From the NCBI GenBank assembly GCA_003427395.1, contig BFEA01000004.1, positions 6,681,158 to 6,740,997 on the forward strand: 59,840 bases of DNA, read 5' to 3'. How positions within the stretch are numbered: the first letter of the stretch is position 1; each line of letters begins with the position of its first letter. This DNA is from Chara braunii (lineage: Eukaryota; Plantae; Charophyceae). A program made the translations under genes and the position numbers. The notes below the pieces were generated by a model. It saw only the letters and a program-made list of their open reading frames with translations, did no database searches and had not been told where the DNA came from. Below, piece by piece: positions 36,432 to 46,035 of this stretch.

Positions 36432-37604
36432 ATGGGCGACCGAAGAGACTACGACCGTAGGAGGACCAGGTCCGGAAGTGAAGAGAGAGTGAATAGCAGG
36501 GGTTCCGACCGTCAGTATGACCGAGGAGGCGAGCGTTTCTATAGGCGATCTCCCCCAAGATGCTTCTCTTGTGGAGAACGTGGTCACTATGCAAATCAGT
36601 GTCGGAACAACAGACCTGCGACCGAGAGCCGCCCGTCGACATCGCATGACGTACAAAGAGGCGGATCAACATCACCAAGAAGGGAGGGAACGAAGAACGC
36701 GAGCGGATCATCATCCCAGGATTCGGACCTGCGACAGCAACTGGAGGAACTTACTAAGAGCCTGGCTGGTATGTCTGAGTTCGTCCAATCTGAGAAATTG
36801 AAGAAGGCGGAGGAGGAGAAAGCGAAGAAAGAGGTGGAGGAGGAGGAACAAAGACTAGCGGCTGAGAAGTTGGAGCAGCAAAGAAAGGAACGTAGAAGAA
36901 TGGAAAAGATACGTAAGGAGAATGAAAGATTGGCGGAGATTGGCAAGAAGGTGGAGCTCCAGATCGCAATCAAGACGAGTGAGTTCTTCGACCGGGTTGA
37001 AGCAAGTTTGGGACCTGCGTTGACACTAGCCCGTAAGGCGAAGGGTAAGAAACAAGTGGTTCACGTATTTGACCCTGAACCAAGTTCGGGGAAGGACAGC
37101 GACAGCAGTGCAACAAAAGAGATCCGAGCCAAGACCGGGCGCCTGGCGATTAACGAGAAGTGGAAACGTGGTCCTGAACCAGAGTTCGAGGACAGCCCTC
37201 CGATGCTGACACCTGGAAAGCGAACACCGGGAATACCGAAAGAGAAGGCCACTACAGGAGGCACTCGACGTTCCAGATCTAAGGCGAAAGTTAAGACGAA
37301 GTTGTCACCATACGTTGAGAAGTTGAAGAAGACCCCCGGTCAACCAAGTACAGTGGCGAAGTTGAGGTTTCACAACCAAGCCATGGAGGAACTTCGTGGT
37401 ATGGATGCGCAAGAATTGCAAGCGATCTGCAAAAGTGAAGGACTGGCATACAATGACAAAATTGATGCCATTTTTGACATCGCAAGCTACCGTACAAGAA
37501 AGGCCTTCAGAGAAGTGGAGCCGGTCGACCTATTTGGCCAGATGAGCCGGAATGAAGATGATTCTACATCGCTTGAAGACGAGGATCAAGACCAGGACGC
37601 TTGA
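36432..37604 (+). CDS. PLE ORF1: Gag-like nucleic-acid-binding protein, 390 aa (CCHC knuckle, coiled coil, SAP-like motif)
   Basis: Uninterrupted ORF from ATG 36432. CFSCGERGHYANQC at 36561-36602, an E/K-rich coiled-coil segment, and EELRGMDAQELQAICKSEGL near the C-terminus. Confidence 0.8.
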   Translation: MGDRRDYDRRRTRSGSEERVNSRGSDRQYDRGGERFYRRSPPRCFSCGERGHYANQCRNNRPATESRPSTSHDVQRGGSTSPRREGTKNASGSSSQDSDLRQQLEELTKSLAGMSEFVQSEKLKKAEEEKAKKEVEEEEQRLAAEKLEQQRKERRRMEKIRKENERLAEIGKKVELQIAIKTSEFFDRVEASLGPALTLARKAKGKKQVVHVFDPEPSSGKDSDSSATKEIRAKTGRLAINEKWKRGPEPEFEDSPPMLTPGKRTPGIPKEKATTGGTRRSRSKAKVKTKLSPYVEKLKKTPGQPSTVAKLRFHNQAMEELRGMDAQELQAICKSEGLAYNDKIDAIFDIASYRTRKAFREVEPVDLFGQMSRNEDDSTSLEDEDQDQDA

Positions 37605-40465
37605 TGCGTTTACGGAGCTGGAGAGATATGGCGCATCGTCCGGCTGTTGACGAGACAACGTTGCCCAGAGAAACACGTGGATACTAAGGCAGAGGAACTA
37701 CTTCGTTTGTGCATTCTACTACTATCTCTGAGGGGTGAAATCCGATGGACGAAGAAGATTGTGGAGTCCTGGCGAAGACTGTACGAATCGCATGGGATTG
37801 GATTCTTGAATTTGAAAGGTTGTGTGTACGTAGTTGTTTCACCATTCTGTAAGTTGCAGTACGTAGGTAAAACCACGCGGAACATTGATGTGCGCTGGCG
37901 TGAGCATTTGTCTGCATGTCGGAGTAAGAAGCAGTCACACTTCCATCGATGGCTTTGCACATTTGGGTTGGGTAATTACGTGCTGCTACCTGTTGATTTC
38001 GCCCAGAATGAGGTGCTTCTGGAGCTCGAAGCTGTTTATATTAAGCAATGGTCTCCGTTCCTCAATACCAGCGGATGTAAGCGGAACAACCAAGGTTGGG
38101 GTAAGCGACGTCTGGGTAAGAAAGAAAGGAGTGATAAAGTGGGCGGAAGTATACCTCGAGATTGCCGTGTCATCCGCTTTCGATCTGATGAGGAGGCATT
38201 TTCGCTCAATCTCGGGGAAATCCTGGCAACCAAGGATAAGGCCGGTAGCAGAAGATTCGTGATTGAATCGAGTGGTGGTACACCTGGGCGCATGGATGGA
38301 AGGCAATTCGTCGAAAGTTTGGTGAATCTTCTGTGAAGACTGTTGCTGGTATCGTACAACTGAAGCGCTGCAAGAACCTCTTTGAGATAGTTGGAGAAGT
38401 GCAAATCGAATACCTCCGTGTATGGAAATCGAAGGGTGGCTATCTTAAACAAGTATTGTTTCAAATCTTGAGGAACCCAGGTAAGCTATCTGATGTTTAC
38501 TCCTGGGGACTGAAGTCGATGATTAGAGTGTATAATACCATCAAAGATTTTCATAGAAAATCCACATGTAAGTACCTGAGACATTTAGTATCTCGTGTGG
38601 TCCGAGATAGGTTTGGTTTGAGTTTGTCAGCAGATCTTGTCATTCGAGTGAGGTTTGACGATCGGGTTCGACTCGTAGAACTTAGAAAGATAATCAATGA
38701 TGGGATTATGGAGTGTGATTTACCTTGCTGTTTTCGGAAGCGTGCGCGGGAGAAAGTCCGCATAGTCTGGGTTAAGAACCAGTCTGTGGGTGACATTATC
38801 CATAATCAGAGAGCCTTTGCCTCTCGAGAGATTTTGACATGTACATGTGCAGGGTTGACCTTCCCTAGATCGGGAGGTCACGTATGCTTCCGTTTAAGTC
38901 TGGGTGGGCCGCACCACCATATATTAGCGAACGCAAATGATATTCCTCGCTCTGAGGTGACAAACCGTGTTGACTTGCTTCAGCGTGAAGTTATCGCGAG
39001 ATTTTAGACATGGTATAACCTCAAGGGCCCTTGCCCTAGGATCTCTAAGGACCGTTTGTCTGTGTGCGTTGTAGCTACTAGCGATAGCGCGAGTAAGTTG
39101 CGATTGGCGGATGTGACTCGTGTGAAGGAAAAGCTGGATGGTCTCGTCCTGACACCACTTGACAGAAATCCCGGCGATACTTTGGTGATGTGCCCAGCAT
39201 CATACTATTCGGCGATGATGAGCACTTTTGTAACCAGTCCAGGTTACCGTGTAGTTCAATCTCCTGCAGAGCAAGTGCCGAGAGAGATCAAGGAAGATAT
39301 GACTGACAATGGTTTGAAGAAATTCGTCCGTTGGGACCAGAAGGGTAGATTTGGTGAGTCTTATGTGTTACCAAAGCACAAGGACACGGAACGATTTAGA
39401 CCAATTTGCCCAACGTTTAACGAGCCAATGGTTCGTACAGGAAGGTTGGTTGCGAAAGGGCTTAACCATCTACTGTTCCAGCTACCCATTGACTGACATT
39501 TCAACCTGCAAGCTGTGTCACATCTAGCAGGAAGATTGCAGCGGATTAACAGGAAGATTGGGAAGTTGACGCATGCATCTGAGATTGAATCCGGATCGTA
39601 TGATATTAAAGAAATGTTTAGTAGACTTCCTCATTGTGAAATCTTGGAGGCTGTCAATTGGATTGTTAACCACTATCGGGACAAGGGGAAATCTTTCGTC
39701 AGGGTGAACACAAGGGGTAAGGGAGTGAGTTTTGGGGTCACTACCGGTGCTGACCACTGGAGACGCTTAGATCTGGGGGACATCATGAAGTTCGTCCGCT
39801 TGGAATTGAGTCACACTTACACGTATGCTACAGGGGTGCTGTTAAGACAGGTAATAGGCATCCCCATGGGCAAGAGTACTAGCCCTCCCCTCACGTGCAT
39901 CATGTGCGCTTTGGCAGAGTGTAAGTTCTTGAACAGTATCGGGCGTTACAAGAAGCAGGTTTTTGGTTTGAGACTGATTGATGATGTCATCCTGATCACT
40001 GCGTCCTTACAGGAGAGAGTTCGAGAAGAAATTGTACGGAGATTTGAGCACTGCTACCCGGAGACACTGACACTGAAAAGGACTGATTCCGGTGATGGTA
40101 TTTTACAGTTCTTGGGATGTGAAGTCCGTACATCCCAGAGGAACCCTTTCCTTGGATGTGTTCAGCTAACAAAGAACGAAGAAACTATCTGGACGGAAGA
40201 AAAGTTGGTGTTCCAGAATGGTCAGTCTTAATCGGCCTGGGGGAGCAAACAGCAAAAGAACGCTATTACCGGAAGCCATCTGCACCGGATCAATCAGAAC
40301 ACGACTGTCCGGTCGGAGATCCCGATGCGTGTCCTGACGGTAAAGAGAGAACTCCGTTTGAAAGGTTTTCCTCCTGACTGTTTTGAGAGGGTTTTGAAGA
40401 AGTTCGTTGTGGGGAAAGATGAGGTGTGGAAGCAGACTGTGAAACTGCTTACTTCTTCGTCTTGA
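37605..40465 (+). pseudogene. PLE ORF2: GIY-YIG endonuclease, CxC linker and reverse transcriptase (1 frameshift, 3 premature stops)
   Basis: EN: CVYVVVSPFCKLQYVGKT..R..EH..E..N. CTC at 38840-38848. RT: YVLPKHKD, RFRPI, YDIKEMF, QVIGIPMGKSTSP, RLIDD, FLG. Frameshift near 38280; stops ending at 39007, 39496 and 40231. Confidence 0.88.
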
Positions 40466-41445
40466 TGAAGCTCCTTACCATCAAGTGTTATCTCACCTGC
40501 ACAGTGAGTCTGACAGAGAAGACCTGGACAGGATACCTGTCATGTCTAAGTTGGTACAGGTTATTTCCCTTCTTTTTCTCAGCCCGTAAGGTGAGGTGCA
40601 GACGGTTTCGGTGATGCACGACAACAGTATCCATCGGGAGAACTTGTGTAAATTAGATATCTGGGAATTGAACAGAGATATGTGTGTGCGTATGGCATCT
40701 ACTTAGTTTACCAGGTGAGGTCTGTACGGTTACTTCTGTTTGTAAGGACAGGTTGCCCGGGATGCGTTCAGAAAGTATCTGGCAGGGTAATTAGACAGGG
40801 TAAGTACGTTTTGGTTTTGTTTTTGTTTGGAAAAAAACAGTCTATCAGTGATGCGCTCAGAGAGCACTGGACTGGGTTTGTTTCGTTCCGGAAAGAACGG
40901 ATTGTGGATGATGCTTTCGTAAGGCATTGGACATGGTTTTGAAGTTGTCGGCTACGTTGTTGCTAGGCTTCGGTAACTAATCTATTCCGGTGCTTTCTGA
41001 CTGTTTGGTTCGGTGGATAGATAGATAGGGCACCTGTTTCTGTGGGTTAGAAGGCCCTGTGATTTTTTGAGATACGTATACGGTACCAGCACCAGGTATT
41101 TTGGTACCCGGTACTGATATCGCGACAGGAACGTACGATAGAGCCTTTGGCTATAAGACGATAATCGCCCGGGTGGGCCTGTGTGCTTTTTCGATAGGAT
41201 GTGTATATTTTTTTTCGAGTGCGTAGGCTATATGGTAGGCTATGTAGTTAGCTCTTCTGGACTATCGTGGGTTACGGTTCAGGTAATCCGACTACATCAC
41301 TAAGGATAAAGAGGATTAGGTACAGATCAGTTGACCTCTTCAGGACTGACGGGACTGGAAGCTAAGGTCATTTCGGAGTGAGTGTAGCCGAAGGTACGGA
41401 AGTGGGAAGGAAGGAAGGAGGGTTTTGATTGAGGGAGAAGTAGGT

Positions 41446-41502
41446 GGACACCCCCTGATGAAGGCAACGTGGCTGTTGCCGAAACGCGGCGTCGGGGATG
41501 CC
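41446..41502 (+). ncRNA. Minimal type I hammerhead ribozyme
   Basis: cccc-CTGATGA-a-ggcaac(gtggct)gttgcc-GAAA-cgc g gcg-TC-gggg. Complete catalytic core, 6-bp stem II, short stem III, stem I cccc/gggg. Predicted cleavage after GUC at 41493. Confidence 0.85.
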
Positions 41503-41534
41503 GTTCCTGAATCGTTTAATATTTTCAAGCGTAA

Positions 41535-41657
41535 TGCTTTGAGTGTTAATACGATTTTGAAGTTGACTACATGTACTGTGTTTGCGTGAATTGACGCTAC
41601 ATGAATTCACGCTGACTTTGTTTGATTCTTCTCACATACTCTTGTATCATTCAACTT
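41535..41657 (+). repeat. PLE 3' pseudo-LTR (direct repeat copy 2)
   Basis: Near-identical to 36177-36303. Confidence 0.9.
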
Positions 41658-41705
41658 CAACTGTTATATCATACGAGGACTAAAAAGGTAACTCAAACAC
41701 ACAAC

Positions 41706-43270
41706 TTTTTTTTTTTTTTTTTTTTTTTTTGGGACAAAAGCTCCAATCTATTTGTGGGGAGCAGCATGTGCTGGGAACCGGGCCCAGCACAAAACTTAAA
41801 AACTTCACAGTGAAAAAAAGCAGAAAAAAGCAACCTTGGATATTGTCCCACTGGCGAATCCACTGTAAAAAGATCCGGGAAAGCTCCCCATCTGCAACCA
41901 AACCATTTAGGGCTTTGGCTGTACAACCCTGTTTTTGCACTTTGTACTCCCAGTCTGCCAAGACAACTTGCTTTATAGCGTACTTGATTTCTGCCCTCAC
42001 CATTGGGGGTGTAAACTGTTCTCCCCTTCTCAAAGTAGCATTCCGAAGATTCCATATCGTCCATACAATGGCAGCTCAAATAGTTTCTTCTTCTGCATGC
42101 CATGGGCCAAATGATCAGGGGACGATCTTCTTCTGGAAGCCAACCCCATCAGCACAAACTGATCGTCCCAGTGAGCAGCTGGCGCTGGGACAGGGATGTT
42201 GGACTGTCTCCACCACTCCCAGAACGGTCTAGATATTTCACAAAGTAAGAGAAGGTGATGGATGTCCTCCATTCGTATTCCCCGACAAAGTCTGCATTCT
42301 GGACTAGCCTTTTCCGTTCTTCTTGCACACCAAGAAGCAACAGGCAATGCTTGATGCTTTATCAACCTGAGCAAACTTGTGCATTTACTTACTGTCAGTT
42401 CCAGCAACTGTTTCCAAAAACCTGGCAGTGCTTGAACCAGTCTTGTCAGTGAGTCTGTTACCCATCCCCTTGCCATTCATATTCTTCCCACTACCCAGTT
42501 TACATCCACTTCCGGTATTGACTTCAGATAGCCCAACATAGTTGTGTAACTATCATCGAGCGAGATCAGCAAGTTGATTTCTTCGGGTGTGTCCAGGCCC
42601 AGTCCCTCGGGTCGACCCGTAAATAGTAAGCTGCTAGCGTCCCTTGTACAAAATGATTCGACTGCTGCTCCATCATACTTCTCGACTCTCCAAATCAGCT
42701 CCTTTTCCTGATGGTCCTTGTGTTTATACCGCATGCCCATCACAGGCACCACCCCCCGACTCATTGTTTGAAGCCAGTCCTGCGGTATAGCCTGTTGCAA
42801 TTGGTCCAAGTGTTGACTTTGGTGCCACAGTCCGGTCAGTTTGGGGTGAGGGTGTGAATAGGTCTCCAACCCGCCGTTGTTACATCCCATAATATGTCAG
42901 CAAGGGTACCTATCCCTCAACTCATCCATCATGATGCATTCCCAAACTTCCCCAGGGCCAAAACATCCAAATGGAAATCCCTCCGAAGTCAAAATCCGAG
43001 GGTTGTTGAACAGGGGTTGGGCAAGTATTTGTTCAGTAATCATCGGTTGGGGTTGCGGCTGGGGACACCTCTTTCTCCATGTCTTCAGTATGGCTGCGGC
43101 AGATGCCCGGCAACAATCGTTTCCTAAGGTAGTCCTGACTCAACGCAGCTAGCCACACACAACAGTAATCTTCCCATTCCCATTCGGAGAGTAGGACAGT
43201 TTCAGCCAGTTGACGCCATGGGGCGAAAGAGGGTTCTAAGATCGCCCATGGGATCCACCTGGAAAGCAAG
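41706..43270 (-). mobile_element. L1/Tx1-like non-LTR retrotransposon 3' fragment (ORF2 C-terminus, zf-RVT-like) with structured tail and poly(A)
   Basis: LPVASW...CRLC....EDIHHLLLLC..W and WTIWNLRN motifs across frameshifts. Followed on the minus strand by the two-hairpin element (41740-41788) and a long A run. Confidence 0.75.
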
Positions 43271-43418
43271 GCAACTATCTATCGCTCAGGGTCTAAGATT
43301 GCAGCCTCCTGGAAGACTATTGTCACAGCCATGACCACGACGATGACGGCAGCATGCGCTACGTTCATGCAAATCCAGAAGATGAAGGACACGGCTACGA
43401 AAGTCGTGTTGCAAGCGC

Positions 43419-43455
<37 letters not shown>

Positions 43456-43719
43456 AACAGCTCTGTCTGGTGCCAGTGGTGCTGGTAAGAGCAGACACTA
43501 CCCCCTGAGGAGCAACACCTAGACGAAAAACAGGATGATGAGGCAGTGTTCCTGATGAGGAAGATCCTCAGAACGAAGACGGCCACCAGGACCAAACTGA
43601 CGAGTCGTGACGACCTTGATGATGGAGCGCATGGCCATGGCCGCGCTCCGCTTTCGGTTTCCCGCAGCTCCCCCTCTTCCTTCTTTTCCGCCCGTGTATG
43701 TATTAGCTCGGTACATATC

Positions 43720-43757
43720 CTGTCTCTTATACACATCTAGATGTGTATAAGAGACAG
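43720..43757. other. Nextera mate-pair junction adapter (assembly artefact)
   Basis: Exact CTGTCTCTTATACACATCT+AGATGTGTATAAGAGACAG. Confidence 0.97.
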
Positions 43758-44216
43758 GGAGCAGACACCACTAGCAGTCTCGGGAGGGCTCCATCGATTG
43801 GTGGGGAGCAACACCTGCTGGAAAGCGGGTCCAGCGATCATTTGTAATCGAATGTTTGAACAATTGTAAATGCGCAGGCACACGGTGATGGGCAGCATTG
43901 ATTGCCATCGAGCGAGGGGATTGACGGCCCATCAAACCCTAGGCCCCTTACCCTGCCTTATTCAACTACTATACTGATACAGTAAGAAGGGGAAAGAACC
44001 AGACAAGGTTTGGTTTCTACTTCTGCAATTTTCTACCCAGTGTTACCAGCGCATGTGTCTCCCCTATAACAGTAATTAACAAAACCCACTCAAGTGGGGA
44101 GAGCACCAATTCAAAGAGAGAAAACAAAATTATAGGAGAATGAAAGAGCAGCAAAAAGTCAGATTAGACACCTACTCTTCCGCCCTCACCACGTGGCGGG
44201 GACCAAGCGACACGCC

Positions 44217-45780
44217 CTAGGAGCAACCAACAAACCCTAGTGACATATGCAACAGCACCTCTCCCCCCCCCACCCCCGGCCCGCCACATGGCAAATACTT
44301 GTAATCATTGTGATTTGTGTGCCCATCAAAATATGTAATGGGCAAACGTCGATCGAAACAAGACAGGCGCAGATATGACAATATTACCTGTCGACAAAAA
44401 CCAACTGGAAGTCCTATCCCTACTCCTTCTCGCCACCACAGTGTGCCTTTCCACACCCCCCATTCAATAAGCGGCGGCCAGAACAGAGAAGAGAAGGGGG
44501 CAAGAGGAGAAAAGAGTCGTCGCCCGTCCCCCGGCTCACTCACCGCGTTATTGCTGATGCCGATTTCTCCAGTGGCCCTGTCGATGATTCGGTCGTTGCT
44601 GTTATTGTTGTAATTGCTGTTATTATTGTCGTTGTCGTCATCAGTATTGTTGTTGTTGTTGTTGTTGTAGCTGATGGTACTGCCGATCTCGCCAATGTCA
44701 AAATCACTGTTACCAAAACTGACGGACTCTGCGATGCCGTTGTTGTTGTTGTCATCATTATTGTTGTTGTTGTTGCTGCCTCTTTCATCAACACACGACC
44801 GTGAGATCACAACGACAACAACGCTGCCAGGGTTGTTGTTGTTGTTGGTGGTGGTGGTGTCATGACTGATGATGCCGCCAATCTCGCTAGGATCGCCATG
44901 AAAGGGACTGGCAGCAGCAGCAATGATATTGCCATTGTCGCCAGAATCGCCATGAAAGGGACCGGCAGCAGCAGCAACGATATTGCCATTGTTGTCGTTA
45001 TTGTTGATGTTGTTGTTGCTGTTGTTGTTAATGTTGTTGTCGTTGTTTCTGTTAATGCCGATGCATGGACATCCTGCCACTTGCGTAGGTGTTGCGGGTG
45101 ATGATGGTGAATCGTCCTCCTCCTCCAGGTCTATCTGAGCATACCAGTGCTTCATGGACACGATGCACAATGCTTGCCCCTCCTCAAAGACTGTGTAGCA
45201 ATGTCGCATCAAAGTCGTCGCCTGTTGCTGGTCAATAAACCTTACCAAATAAGAAGCTGGCCCCTCCTCCAGCTTCGTAATAATGTGCACAAGGCTCTAC
45301 ATCATGCTTTGGTGTGTGAGATATGGCAGTGCGTTCCCCCCGTCGGCCACCAGCCTCATCTCATCCACTTTCTGCCGGAGAAGATCATGACTCATCTGAA
45401 GAAACGAAAGCCACTAGGCGGCGCCCTGAAGTAAGGCCTCAGTCCTGCCCATTGGCATCGTTGACCGTGTTGACCCCGTTGACCTTGTCGTTGTCATGGC
45501 AAAATCTCCCGTCCACGTCGTCGTCTTCAGTACGCTGGCGTTACTGCGTCCTCCAGATCCCATGTGGGGCTACCCACTTCAGCTGGCGAAAGCTGGGGCC
45601 GTGAACGCTCGAGTCGCGCGGCTATGGTCGCTCGAAGCGGCAATCGCGAGGTTCGTGCGGTGCCTGGCGGGCGGGCCTTGCCGTCTGCGGGCCGCAAGGC
45701 GCTAGTGCATCTCCTCTGGGCACCGTGCTGACAAAACAACCTAAGTGGGAAAATCCCTCACTCGCTCTCGGACCACTGTT
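44217..45780 (-). repeat. Dispersed element with an Asn-rich ORF (copy 1), function unknown
   Basis: EEGP..LMRHCYTVFEEGQALC followed by poly-Asn tracts; homologous to 53544-54600. Confidence 0.45.
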
Positions 45781-46035
45781 CAAGTAGCCTGAGGCAATCA
45801 CCCTCCCCTCATGCGTACCCCGCTACCGTCCTCGCCTAGGTTCATTTGGGACTACGATGGGCCGATGGCCACTATGGGGGAGCAGGTCACACTAATCTCT
45901 ACTGTACCGCTCCAATATTAACACATATCACGAAGGACTACGAAAAGGCACTGGCCTTGAGGTACCAGCAATGGGCTGACCTGAAATCCTAACAATAATT
46001 CAGAATTACANNNNNNNNNNNNNNNNNNNNNNNNN

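Larger units (their letters stand above)
36177..41657 (+). mobile_element. Penelope-like retroelement with permuted domains (Chlamys/Naiad type), near full length, ORF2 degenerate
   Basis: Terminal direct repeats at 36177-36303 and 41535-41657. ORF1 has a zinc knuckle. ORF2 has GIY-YIG, then CxC, then RT. Hammerhead ribozyme in the 3' UTR. Confidence 0.88.

Noticed and set aside
37602-37687. TGATG stop-start coupling between PLE ORF1 and ORF2
   Set aside because: The overlapping ATG opens a different frame that closes after 27 codons. The conserved ORF2 frame is the ORF1 frame.
39005-40231. Internal ORF2 stops as selenocysteine or other recoding
   Set aside because: They are mixed TAG/TGA/TAA, and two align to Trp and Tyr in copy 2, which indicates ordinary decay.
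43551-43620. Other CTGANGA hammerhead candidates (also ~33682, 38185, 45395, 50789)
   Set aside because: No stem II followed by GAAA and an NUH site. No hammerhead was found for PLE copy 2, whose 3' end runs into a gap.
43720-43757. Tn5/IS50 mosaic ends as a real bacterial transposon or horizontal transfer
   Set aside because: The exact back-to-back synthetic 19-bp mosaic ends are the Nextera junction adapter, and no transposase is present.
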